Shown here: positions 13,354-25,394 of the stretch, in pieces
Numbering within the stretch: position 1 is the first letter of the stretch
Layout: every line of letters starts with the position of its first letter
NCBI RefSeq assembly: GCF_006345805.1
Contig: NC_043003.1
Span: 26,970,001 to 27,034,000, forward strand
Source: Octopus sinensis
Taxonomy: Eukaryota
DNA: 64,000 nucleotides
Direction: 5' to 3'
Notes under the pieces: generated by a model
Told to the model about the DNA's origin: nothing
Database searches by the model: none
What the model saw: the letters and a program-made list of their open reading frames with translations, nothing else
Translations under genes and position numbers: made by a program

Positions 13354-13740
13354 GGCGTAGGAGTGGCTGTGTGGTAAGTAGCTCGCTTACCGACCACATG
13401 GTTCCGGGTTCAGTCCCACTGCGTGGCACCTCGGGCAAGTGTCTTCTACTATAACCTCGGGCCAACCAAACCCTTGTGAGTGGATTCGGTAGACGGAAAC
13501 TGAAAGAAGCCCGTCGTATATATGTATATACATATGTATATGTGCGTGTGTATATGTTTGTGTGTCTCTGTTTGTCCCCCCACCCAAACATCGCTTGACA
13601 ACCGATGCTGGTGTGTTTACGTCCCCGTAACTTAGCGGTTTGGCAAAAGACCGATACAATAAGTACTAGGCTTACAAAGATTAAGTCCTGGGGTCGATTT
13701 GCTCGACTAAGGCCACAGTCACATGACAAACAAGTAAAAT
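13354..13740 (+). mobile_element. SINE B, full length
   Basis: Matches 5795-6180. Confidence 0.88.
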
Positions 13741-13907
13741 AATAAAAGAATAAAAGAATAAATGATATATACGTGTGTGGTGGGGTGTATTATCTATATT
13801 TCTCACCCTTCCTCTGCCTCTCTTTCTCTCTCTCTCTTTCTCTTTCTCTCCCTCTCTCTCTCTCTCTTTCTCTTTCTCTCCCTCTCTCTCTCTCTCTCTC
13901 TCGATAG

Positions 13908-13966
<59 letters not shown>

Positions 13967-14716
13967 CATCGTGACTTGCAAATATAAATTCCCAAAACAA
14001 ACAGACTGGCCCTGGCTTGAGGTGTATCACGAAAAGCCTGGTTGGAGGCCCAACCTTTCAAGTTCTTTTACAAAGCTTAGAAAACCTGAAGGACCGCTGC
14101 AATAAATGTGTGAATTTGAGAGGGGAATACGTTGAATGAAATCGTGATCTTCCTGTATTTTCTTTTTCTTTTATTTAAAGTCAGGACCTTTTCAGCACCC
14201 CTTTGTACATAGCTCAGCTCTATGAGAATCGTTAGAAACCCGGTTTTAAAAAATTACTTTAGAAAAACTGAAGTACCGCTGCAATAAAATTATGAATCTG
14301 AGAGGCGAATATGTCAAATAAAATCATAATTAATTGATCCTCCTGTATTTTCTTTTACTCAAAGCCAGGAACTTTTCAACACTGCTTCAGGAAATTAACG
14401 TGAAAGTGGCTGAGCACCCCACAGTCACAAGTATCTGGGAGATTCAGAGTGACACAATGTATGTAATAAGGCTAGCCCTTTGAATTGCAGGTACAACTCA
14501 TTATTGCCAGCTGTGTGGAGTAGAGCAACGTGAAATAAAGTGTTTCACTCAAGTGACACAACGCACTTCTTTACTACACTATACAACAGGCTTTTGTCTG
14601 TTTCCGTCTACCAAATTCACTCACAAGGCTTTGGTTGGCTCGGGCTAGAGTAGAAGACACTTGTTCAAAGTAGGACTGACCCTGAGCCATGTGGATGTGA
14701 AGCAAACTTCCTATTT

Positions 14717-15285
14717 CATTATTGCCCACAAGGGGCTAAACATAGAGGGGACAAACAAGGACAGACAAACGGATTAAGTCAATTATATCGACCCCAGTAC
14801 ACAACTGGTACTTAATTTATCGACTCCGAAAGGATGAAAGGTAAAGTCGACCACGGCGGAATTTGAACTCAGAACGTAGCGGCAGACGAAATACTTATTT
14901 CTTTATTACCCACAAGGGGCTAAACATAGAGGGGGAAAACAAGGACAGACATAGGTATTAAGTCGATTACATCGACCCCAGTGCGTAACTGGTACTTAAT
15001 TTATCGACCCCGAAAGGATGAAAGGCAAAGTCGACCTCGGCGGAATTTGAACTCACAACGTAACGGCAGGCGAAATACTGCAAAGCATTTCGCCCAGCGT
15101 GTTAACGTTTCTGCCAGCTCGCCACCTTTCGAAAGAGTCAGCAGAAGTTTGCCATTACCTTTTGTCGGAGCCGCGTGGAGCTTAGGTGTTTCGCTCATAA
15201 ACACACACATCGCCCGGTCTGAGATTTGAACCCGCGATCCTTTGACCGCGTGTCCACTGCTCTAACCATTAGGCCATGTGCCTCC
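14717..15285 (-). mobile_element. Tandem SINE A copies plus a family C SINE
   Basis: Same arrangement as 4980-5310, including the gaaagagtcagcagaagtttgcc junction. Confidence 0.8.
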
Positions 15286-15371
15286 AACATCGAAGCAAAG
15301 TTCTTACCCCACAGCTACGCCTGCGGCTATAAATAGATAAATATATTTTTTTTAAAAGTAAGAATAGTAGA

Positions 15372-15700
15372 GGAGCTTTCAATTCTTGAGCATCCTACAT
15401 TAAATTGCCCATTAACAAAGCAGAAATTTTCAAACTGCTGTCCAATAATTTTCAAGGCTTGCCCTTAGAATTCATTGACTGGCGTGAAAATAGGTATTCT
15501 GGAAGCTGAAGTCTCTTAAATCGAAATTATACATAAATTGACAAGAGTGAAATTTTTAATGTAACTGCATCGCCTCCTTTGGCACACCAGGTCAGAACTG
15601 TAGTGTCGATAACATGTATAGCACTGGCTTCTTAATTCTTAATCTGGTGTCATTGTATAATCGCAGCTGATCTATATTCCGGAGCTGCATTGTTGGATAT
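15372..15700 (-). pseudogene. Helitron PIF1-type helicase C-terminal remnant
   Basis: MQLRNIDQLRLYNDTRLRIKK, FKRLQLP and GQALKIIGQQFENFCFVNGQFNVGCSR resemble the LRN..CNGTRL, QFP and SHGQLYVA.SR motifs. Confidence 0.75.
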
Positions 15701-16959
15701 TCTAATTTTTTATATATTTATTTATTTATTTATTTATTTATTTATTGCTGAAGACTGTATGGCAGATTTGTAGGTAAGGCATAATCTGTAGGTACGATAA
15801 ATTTATTAACACAACTACGTTTATTGAATGGTAACTATGACTATTTCCTGGAAGAGTCCAGAACAGCTACCATTTGATGTTGTAGAGCCAAACATTGATT
15901 AGCACACTATCAGTTGTGCGTTAATTAATGATGTTACAGATTGAAGAACATTGTCCATATCCATTAATCTGTTGTCTTCAATACAGCGTTTATAGAGCTG
16001 GACTTACAGTTCCATCACGGCCTTCTCCAAACTGTGACAAAACTGTTGACAAAATGGCCATATTAGTTCACTCACTAAAAGCTGACTCTCAACGTAGGCT
16101 GATTAACGCAACAATAAATTCGCTTTTAGTTGCATTAATCATCTTTCATTTAAAGTCAGCTTAGAAATTAGATTCTTTAAAGTAATCGGAGATGGATGGT
16201 TAGGAGCTTATTATATAATTCTATCATCTATCTTAAGGACCGAAGCAAATTGCTTTGCTTCTTTGTTAATACGGTTATATATGCTACGATTAACTATTTT
16301 ATAAAGTCGTTGTGCTAGCACTAGAAAGGGGTTGTTTAAAAATTTGAAGAAGTTTTTCTCAACCACTTAAATTACTTTTTATTTTATCGGAAGAAACATG
16401 CAATTTTCTAGAATTACGAAATGCGTTAAGTTATTCATTAAAGATATTAGACTAATTTTTTAAACTTTACCTTCTTTATCATATTCAGTAGACCGAATTA
16501 AGTAGAATGAACAATGCCGTATTTTAATGAAATTAATGATGAAATATACAATTTATTAACCTTCCTCTCTCAGAAAGAAGTTCTTCACTAAGAGATTGGC
16601 TGACAATTTATAAGACAAACTTGATTGTAAATTCGCATTATTTGACATCATTGAATTTTAATACCCTTCTAAGAAAAGCTTCAAATTTTAGCCATAGATA
16701 TGCCATCGCCATGCCAGAATAATCTTTTTAATTTTTCGCTGTTTCTTTCTGAATAAGGCGTAATGGTTCGGAGTTTTTGATGTTCTTATCGGTTGCTTTG
16801 ATGTAAGCTAAAGCTTGCAGTCGTATAGGAGTCTTGTTTTAGAGAGCCTCCTATTTGAATTTCAGTTTATAGAATTCAGATTATACGGGAACGGTCGTCT
16901 AATATAAACTCATAACAAAAATGGCCACTAATTTCACACACACACGTGTGTATATTTGA

Positions 16960-17237
16960 TGGATTCTCTCGTCGTGAACGACAAATGAGGGACCACTAAA
17001 ATAAAGCGGTAATCATGTTCTCTGGACACGCTTGTGTTCCTTGAGGCCTACTGGTGCCTTGCAAACCTTTTGGCAAATGGAACAAATTGGGGACTCAGTT
17101 TGCTCGAGTACTTGTGGATCATTTACTAAGTGTTTTCTTGTGTGGACGGCAAGGCCTGCTTTGCTCTGTGCCACAAAACCACAATGACAAGTAAAGTGTT
17201 CATTTAGAGGAGCGGTGTTTTGCCAGCATGATTTCAT
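16960..17237 (-). mobile_element. Probable RTE-type LINE 3' fragment with two C2H2-like fingers
   Basis: CHCGFVAQSKAGLAVHTRKH and CSICQKVCKAPVGLKEHKR, then a stop and a short tail. No TGEKP linkers. Confidence 0.55.
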
Positions 17238-18150
17238 GCTTGCACGAAGTTGGTCGCGATGTTGGATTCAACTTTGCTCAAATCTTTGAACTGAGATGGG
17301 CTTCTTTTCAGCTTCCGTCTACAAATCACTCAAAAAGTTTTGGTGGCCCCGAGGGTAACGTAGAAGGCACCCGCCCAAAGTGTCTCACGGTGGAACTGAA
17401 CCCAAGACCGTATGACTGGGAAGCAAGCTTCTTACACTCACAGCCACGCCTGCATCTATGTCATACTTGCGTCTACTCGATAGTAATCCTCTGCATAGTG
17501 AATTCAAATTTGAAACACATGTCACTCCAATTTTGAACAAACGGTTCTTTCAATGAATGGGATCAGAAGAATAACCTGTTAGTTGACAAGACTGATGCTG
17601 TGGCATTAATGCTTCTGATGGTAATCAGAGAAAAAATCTCCCACGTTAAGCACGCGTCTGTTCACGCCGAATGATGGAGGAACGTGTATGTGCATGTGAA
17701 GCTGTTTATGTATGACTCTTTGCGTGCATGTATGCACATATGTGTGAATGTATGTATGTGTATATATACACACACATATACATACATACCTCCCATATAT
17801 ATATATATATATATATATATATGGTCGTTTTGTTTGTTCTGGTGTTATTTTAAAAATTTCTCACCAATAGAGAACGAGCCGGTTTTGCATCCAGACCGAT
17901 ATACATAAATATGAGATTCTCACTTGCCCTATATACAGTCTAGCAAAACCATAGCCAAAATGAAATAGTGGGTCTATTGATAGAGACGTTGTTGCGTTTG
18001 CTTGTACTTTTCCCTGGGTATTCTACTTATATAATCAGGTAAGAACTTGTGTCCCGGCCAAAATTTTCATCCATGTATCCTTTGAGATAACTAGATCAAG
18101 GCTCTTTCTCAAGAAGTTCGTTGTTTTGCAAATATTTTCATACTCAACAG

Positions 18151-18210
18151 GGTCTTCTCTTTACTGTGATTCGGCGAAGCCTGTTCCCTTGAATGTGATT
18201 TCGTTGGATG
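18151..18210 (+). CDS. Candidate exon of unidentified plus-strand gene (SSLYCDSAKPVPLNVISLD)
   Basis: ttttcatactcaacag acceptor and gtaaaa donor. 60 nt, one open frame, phase 1-1, compatible with exon 22111. Confidence 0.4.
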
Positions 18211-18244
18211 GTAAAAAAAGGGACTGTGGGAATGTACGTATGTA

Positions 18245-18277
<33 letters not shown>

Positions 18278-18350
18278 ATGTATGTATGTATGTATGTATG
18301 TATGTATGTATGTATGTATGTATGTATGTATGTATGTATGTATGTATGTA

Positions 18351-18406
<56 letters not shown>

Positions 18407-18902
18407 CCACCGGACACTTAGTACACCATTAATATCTGGTTTGCGTCCGCTTGACTTAGAATTATTGTAACGTTGGTTATCACCTTTGTGTTTCCTTTTT
18501 GCCTTCTTCACAAGCGACTTTTGTTTAAAAACGTTATTGGCTCAAAATACAATTGACAATCTAGCTTTCAGCTTGACAAAAGACGGAATAAGTTATTATT
18601 TCGACCAGGAAACCATGGGTAGCTGTAATTAAACGATTTGTGGTTTTTAATATATATTTTACTCTTACTCTTTTAGCTCAGTGCTCCGTAACCATTTTCT
18701 CACTTGCGGTACTCTTATATTCTTCTCAAAATTCCACGACACACCTGAACTAAAAATATAACAGGGAAAAATTTATATTCAGATTACACTGCGGCACACC
18801 TAGCATCGCCTCGTGGCACACCAGTGAGCGGCGGCATACCTGTCTTCTCTGATCAAGCGCTTTTCTACTTGTTAAAGTATTACCACATAATATTTACAAT
18901 AT

Positions 18903-19140
18903 GAGGCGCAATGGCCTAGTGGTTAGGACAGCGGACTCGCGGTCGTAGGATCGCGGTTTCGATTCCCAGACCGGGCGTTGTGAGTGTTATTGAGCGAAAA
19001 CACCTAAAAGCTCCACGAGGCTCCGGCAGGGGGTGGTGATCCCTGCTGTACTCTTTCACCACTCTTTCTTCTGTTGGCCTGCTCGCGAACGCATTGTGAC
19101 CAGCGATGTGTAACTACATCTGATGGACTGGTCGGTCATG
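18903..19140 (+). mobile_element. SINE family C (tRNA-derived head); duplicated at 20308, related copy at 34397
   Basis: gaggcgcaatggcctagtggttagg...ggtttcgattccc A/B boxes run on into a non-tRNA body. Confidence 0.8.
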
Positions 19141-19505
19141 TGATGATGGTGATGGTGATTTATAATATAATATATATAGTTATACGTAACGCAAAAACAC
19201 TACAGAATGCGAATGTCAATAAAATAGAAATAAGATTTTACAATTAATTTTTTTTCTATGCGTTCCGGTACTGAATGATCCACGGTCCGGTACTGGTTTG
19301 CGGCCCAGATTTGGGGGACCCCCGTGAGAGACAGCTGATTCGACCCTTACAGCACATTCTTTCTATATTGCTGTTCCAGGTTTTTATACTTGGTCTATTA
19401 CGTTTACGTTTCACAAGAACATTGCATCAACAGTCTTCTACGCACGTATGTATGTATGTATGTATGTATGTATGTATGTATGTATGTATGTATGTATGTA
19501 TGATG

Positions 19506-19533
<28 letters not shown>

Positions 19534-19536
<3 letters not shown>

Positions 19537-19725
19537 CGGGAAGGTTTACGAAAATAAACAAAAGACGAAGGCAGGTGGAGTACAAACAAACAAATGTATT
19601 AGTATGGCGCTCAGGAATAGAAATAGAACAAGTCTTTTACGTTTCGAGCCTACGCTCTTCGACAGAAAGATACACAGAAAAAAAAAAACAAGGAGAGAAA
19701 AAAATGCGTGTAGGAGCTAACGATG
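19534..19725 (-). mobile_element. Short hammerhead-motif element; copies at 20923 and 21380
   Basis: Minus strand tcttt-CTGTCGA-a-gagc/gtag/gctc-GAAAC-GTA-aaaga at 19633-19670. Confidence 0.55.
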
Positions 19726-19754
19726 TATGTATGTATGAATGCATGTATGCATGT

Positions 19755-19811
<57 letters not shown>

Positions 19812-20922
19812 CCACCGGACACTTAGTACACCATTAATATCTGGTTTGCGTCCGCTTGACTTAGAATTATTGTAACGTTGGTTATCACCTTTGTGTTTCC
19901 TTTTTGCCTTCTTCACAAGCGACTTTTGTTTAAAAACGTTATTGGCTCAAAATACAATTGACAATCTAGCTTTCAGCTTGACAAAAGACGGAATAAGTTA
20001 TTATTTCGACCAGGAAACCATGGGTAGCTGTAATTAAACGATTTGTGGTTTTTAATATATATTTTACTCTTACTCTTTTAGCTCAGTGCTCCGTAACCAT
20101 TTTCTCACTTGCGGTACTCTTATATTCTTCTCAAAATTCCACGACACACCTGAACTAAAAATATAACAGGGAAAAATTTATATTCAGATTACACTGCGGC
20201 ACACCTAGCATCGCCTCGTGGCACACCAGTGAGCGGCGGCATACCTGTCTTCTCTGATCAAGCGCTTTTCTACTTGTTAAAGTATTACCACATAATATTT
20301 ACAATATGAGGCGCAATGGCCTAGTGGTTAGGACAGCGGACTCGCGGTCGTAGGATCGCGGTTTCGATTCCCAGACCGGGCGTTGTGAGTGTTTATTGAG
20401 CGAAAACACCTAAAAGCTCCACGAGGCTCCGGCAGGGGGTGGTGATCCCTGCTGTACTCTTTCACCACTCTTTCTTCTGTTGGCCTGCTCGCGAACGCAT
20501 TGTGACCAGCGATGTGTAACTACATCTGATGGACTGGTCGGTCATGTGATGATGGTGATGGTGATTTATAATATAATATATATAGTTATACGTAACGCAA
20601 AAACACTACAGAATGCGAATGTCAATAAAATAGAAATAAGATTTTACAATTAATTTTTTTTCTATGCGTTCCGGTACTGAATGATCCACGGTCCGGTACT
20701 GGTTTGCGGCCCAGATTTGGGGGACCCCCGTGAGAGACAGCTGATTCGACCCTTACAGCACATTCTTTCTATATTGCTGTTCCAGGTTTTTATACTTGGT
20801 CTATTACGTTTACGTTTCACAAGAACATTGCATCAACAGTCTTCTACGCACGTATGTATGTATGTATGTATGTATGTATGTATGTATGTATGTATGTATG
20901 TATGTGTATGTATGTATGTATG

Positions 20923-21148
20923 TAACGGGAAGGTTTACGAAAATAAACAAAAGACGAAGGCAGGTGGAGTACAAACAAACAAATGTATTAGTATGGCGCT
21001 CAGGAATAGAAATAGAACAAGTCTTTTACGTTTCGAGCCTACGCTCTTCGACAGAAAGATACACAGAAAAAAAAAAACAAGGAGAGAAAAAAATGCGTGT
21101 AGGAGCTAACGATGTATGTATGTATGAATGCATGTATGCATGTGTGTA

Positions 21149-21187
<39 letters not shown>

Positions 21188-21351
21188 GAGAAGGAGAGAG
21201 AGAGAGAGATGTGTTGGAGATCGTTTTCCTGGCTACGTGGTTGAAATTCGAAACCAAATCCTCATTTCGGTTGCTTGTCAGACGAATGCCTGGTCCTTTG
21301 TTTCTTCTCTCTGTGCTGAGAAATTAATGAGAATAATATGACTTATGTATG

Positions 21352-21382
<31 letters not shown>

Positions 21383-21617
21383 CGGGAAGGTTTACGAAAA
21401 TAAACAAAAGACGAAGGCAGGTGGAGTACAAACAAACAAATGTATTAGTATGGCGCTCAGGAATAGAAATAGAACAAGTCTTTTACGTTTCGAGCCTACG
21501 CTCTTCGACAGAAAGATACACAGAAAAAAAAAAACAAGGAGAGAAACAAGGAGAGAAAAAAATGCGTGTAGGAGCTAACGATGTATGTATGTATGAATGC
21601 ATGTATGCATGTGTGTA

Positions 21618-21650
<33 letters not shown>

Positions 21651-21870
21651 GAGAGAGAGAAAGAGAGAGAGAGAGAGATGTGTTGGAGATCGTTTTCCTG
21701 GCTACGTGGTTGAAATTCGAAACCAAATCCTCATTTCGGTTGCTTGTCAGACGAATGCCTGGTCCTTTGTTTCTTCTCTCTGTGCTGAGAAATTAATGAG
21801 AATAATATGACTTATGTATGTATGTATGTATGTATGTATGTATGTATGTATGTATGTATGTATGTATGTC
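20923..21870 (+). repeat. Second tandem duplication, unit ~457 bp, two copies
   Basis: taacgggaaggtttacg recurs at 20923 and 21380, with identical following segments. Confidence 0.93.
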
Positions 21871-22110
21871 ATGTGATGTGACATACATAATGCTGGTCCT
21901 ACTGGTAACATATAACCCAACTAGACCCGTTGTAATGTCGGACCATCGGCGACTAAGCAAGCAGCCCGACCAGGCCTGCTTGGTAAGAACGGTGGTTTTC
22001 GTTGGACACCCAGCAGGACGAAAAGCCGAACTTGTCAAAGGATGGACGAATCTACTGCCAACGGGCCATCCGATACCAGGGAGTAAGAGACCCCACTAGT
22101 CTTTGTTTAG

Positions 22111-22193
22111 ACATCTGTCGAAGAGAAGGAAATTCCAAATTAACACCCGCTTCACAGCGAAGCCGGAGATTTTCTTCTACTTTGACTCCGTTG
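22111..22193 (+). CDS. Candidate exon of unidentified plus-strand gene (D-ICRREGNSKLTPASQRSRRFSSTLTPL)
   Basis: ctttgtttag acceptor and gtgaga donor. 83 nt, phase 1 to 0, within a CpG-containing non-repetitive island. Confidence 0.42.
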
Positions 22194-22351
22194 GTGAGAG
22201 TCTTATCGGTATTGTGCAAACTGTTATTGACTTTACGTTGCAGCACGGGCTTTGCTGGCGGCCGTTGTCATTCATACTTTTAAGGTGCAAATGACATTTT
22301 CAAGGAGATCTGTCAGCGATGGACATAATCGTCTGCAAGTTGACACCTGCC

Positions 22352-22356
<5 letters not shown>

Positions 22357-22384
<28 letters not shown>

Positions 22385-22905
22385 TGTATGTATGCATGTA
22401 TGTATGTATGTATGTATGTGTGTGTGTGTGTGGATGGATGGATGGATGGATTGATGGACTGATGGATGGATGAATTTATTCATGAATGTATGTGTATATA
22501 TGTATGCATGTATGTATGTATGCATGCGTGTATGCATGTACGCATGCATACGTGTATGTATGTATGTGTGCATATATGTATTCATGCATGTATGTATGTG
22601 TTCGTGCATGTATGCATGTACGCATGTATGCATGTACGCATGTATGCATGTACGCATGTATGCATGCATTTTTGTATGTATTCATGTATGCATGCATGTT
22701 TCTATGTATGTACATATGTACATATGTACAAATTTACGTATGTACATATGTACGCAAGTATGCATGTGTGTATGAATGCATGCATTTATGTATGTATGTA
22801 TGCATGTATGTATGTATGTGTTTATGTATACATACATATTCTATATATTGTGTATATACAGCTTGTGTATGTATACATGTGTGTACGAATGTGTGTGTGT
22901 GTGTG
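22357..22905 (+). repeat. Degenerate (TATG)/(TGCA)/(TG) compound microsatellite
   Basis: Seen directly. Confidence 0.92.
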
Positions 22906-22971
22906 TGGGTGTGGATGAGTGTTTGTATGAAGAATAAACTCTCTCTCTCTCTCTCGCCCTCTCTCCCTTCT

Positions 22972-23002
<31 letters not shown>

Positions 23003-23004
23003 CT

Positions 23005-23041
<37 letters not shown>

Positions 23042-23046
23042 CCAAG

Positions 23047-23181
23047 TGGAAAACAATGAAGTATTTCGGATCGGGCAGAAGCCCAGTGTTTATCCAAGAT
23101 AAGGAAACAACACTGAACAACAACAACAACAACAACAACAGCAACAGCAACAACAACACCAGCAGCAGCAATGGTTGTTAA
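23047..23181 (+). CDS. Candidate last exon (WKTMKYFGSGRSPVFIQDKETTL-polyN-SSSNGC*)
   Basis: (CT)n tract plus ccaag acceptor (the less common AAG type), phase 0, ends in TAA. Asn-rich tail. Confidence 0.38.
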   Translation, partial: WKTMKYFGSGRSPVFIQDKETTLNNNNNNNNSNSNNNTSSSNGC

Positions 23182-23293
23182 TCTCAATGTAACTGCACTG
23201 TGTTGTTCCCAAGTACTTGTAATGTGTCAAAGGTGACTCTGTTTGATTATTTCGGACGGAACAAACTCATCGAGGGTTTCGGAAATGAAGGAG

Positions 23294-23331
<38 letters not shown>

Positions 23332-23730
23332 CCATACAAACAGAAAGCGGAATAAGGTAAACAACAGCAAGTATCCTGATAGATAACGATGAATTCAAAA
23401 TCGTTTTTCCTTGTGTTTGTTATTGTTCTTGATATTTTTGGTCTTTACCCCCCCCCACCACCACCACCACCATCCCCATATCAGTTTTGATTGAGCAAAC
23501 CTATGATCAAAAGCATTCCTGTCGTGACAGCCCCGTCAACCCCTTTGAGATGTGCGGCTATTTAAAACTGCATCATCGAATGCATCCCTATTTTTTTTTC
23601 TTCCTAGGACGTTATGGTTATGATTTGGGGAGAAATGTCGCTGCTGTTTCTAACCTATCTAACCCAACCATACACGAACTTGGGAATTTAAATAAAAATG
23701 GTCCAACCGCTGAGTTACGTTTGGAGTTTA

Positions 23731-23911
23731 CGAGGGGATGCTGAAAAGTTCCTGACTTTAAGGGTATCACAGAAGGCCTGGGTGGAAGCCCGACCTTCCG
23801 ATTCCCTTTACAGGAACAAGTGTGCAAATCTGAAGAGGAATATGCTGAATAAAATAATGGTTTTCCTGTATTTTCTTTTATATAAAGCCAGGAGCTTTTC
23901 AGCACCCCTCG
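23731..23911. mobile_element. Mariner-type MITE
   Basis: TA-cgaggggatgctgaaaagttcctg ... caggagcttttcagcacccctcg-TA. Degraded relatives near 14010-14385. Confidence 0.8.
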
Positions 23912-24396
23912 TAAATCCTCGAGTATAGTCCGCAGGGGATTTGTAGGGGGCTGTACCTCTGAAAAACCTAAACCTTGTGTATAATACGCACCCCATCTCT
24001 AACTTGAGTCAAGGAGATCTATATAACGTCCTTTGTTTGTAAAATTGTTTACGGTAACATCCTTTATTATTATTGCATATATAACATAATGCAAACATGT
24101 ATCTTTTTTGTGCATTTTGTTTGCAGAAAATAAAGAAATAACAGTAATAACATTTAATAAATGTTGCTTATTGCAAGTTATGGATGATTCTTTTATGACT
24201 TCATTGCTTTCAGGCTTAGCTCAAGGTATTTTCGCGCCCGACACCACAAAATGCGTCTGAATGAACATTGCCGGACAGCAAAGAGAGACTCGGACATTGC
24301 TTAGAAAATAATTTTCATTTTTAACCTCATATATATAGGGATTTTGACCTTTAAATTTTAGAGAAAAATGCGGATTATACTCGAGGATTTACGGTA
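23910..24396. mobile_element. Tigger/pogo-like MITE
   Basis: cgtaaatcctcgagtatagtccg at the left and cggattatactcgaggatttacggta at 24371-24396 form a TIR pair. Confidence 0.65.
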
Positions 24397-25394
24397 TCTC
24401 AGATCTAACAGAAAAATTAGAAACTCGGTAAAAAAAAAATTATTTTGTTATTTCTTCTGGCTCTTTTACGTTCTGTGTTCAAATCCCGCCGAGGTTAACT
24501 TTTCCTTTCATACTCCTAACGTCGATAAAGTAAAGAATTAGTCAAATACTAATTCTTGGTTTTATGCCTAAACTAGAAACCGTTAAAGGTCACTAAATGT
24601 GAGCTGGTAAAATCGTTTAAAAAGCTTCAAACTTGGCGGTAATTTTTTCCGGCCCTTTACATTCTGGGTTCAAACCCCGCTGTTAAGGACCTTGAAACAA
24701 CCCAGCGAACTACACATAGAAGATCGTCTCATTGCACCTCTAGGATTTACTTAATTGTCCATTGTACCGCCTCTAAAAGACAAAGATAAAAAGTAGAAGC
24801 TCATTTACAGATACTTCAAGGAAATCATAATACTCTTTTATTCACGTTGCGAAGACTTGAAGAAAATACACAGACTTAACTGGATTATTACACCGTTTGA
24901 TTTGGGAATAGCGAATACCGACATTGAATCATACGTACATCGTAAGCTCATTATATGTGAGCATCTGAAAAACCAAGTCACTGGTTACATGTATAACTAT
25001 CTGTGACCGTTGGAACAATTTGAAGAAAAGAATTAGACACAAAACCAATTTTGAAAGGAGGTAGTTAGTCGATACCATCGTCTCCAGTACTTGATTAGTA
25101 TTGTATTTTGTCTTCCTCGGTAATATGAAAAGGATTTGAACTCAGGACGTAAAGAGCCAATAGAAATAATGCGAAGCATTTTGTCCAACGCTCTAACGAT
25201 TCTGTTAATCTGCCGCCTCTCCTGATTTAGAGAGAAGGACATCAGTCAAGTACATCGGTGCCAGTACTTGACCGGTATAGTGTTTTATTGACATCAGAGA
25301 GGTGAAAGGCAAAGATGATCTCGGCAGTGTTTGAACCCAGAACATAAAGGGCCTTGTATATGCAGGCTGTAGTGCATTCGTCAGTTGATCGTGC

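Larger units (their letters stand above)
18404..21190 (+). repeat. Tandem duplication, unit ~1.4 kb, two copies
   Basis: agaccaccggacacttagtacacc recurs at 18404 and 19809. The units are near identical apart from microsatellite length. Confidence 0.95.

Noticed and set aside
17013-17237. Host C2H2 zinc-finger gene
   Set aside because: Only two atypical fingers with no TGEKP linker, followed by a stop and a short tail; it fits a LINE C-terminus better.
17871-18038. Upstream exon of the plus-strand candidate gene
   Set aside because: It has an acceptor and a strong gtaaga donor, but every frame has a stop and the phase does not fit exon 18151.
18903-18980. tRNA gene (also 20308 and 34397)
   Set aside because: It has A/B boxes but no complete cloverleaf or terminator, and continues into a SINE body present in several copies.
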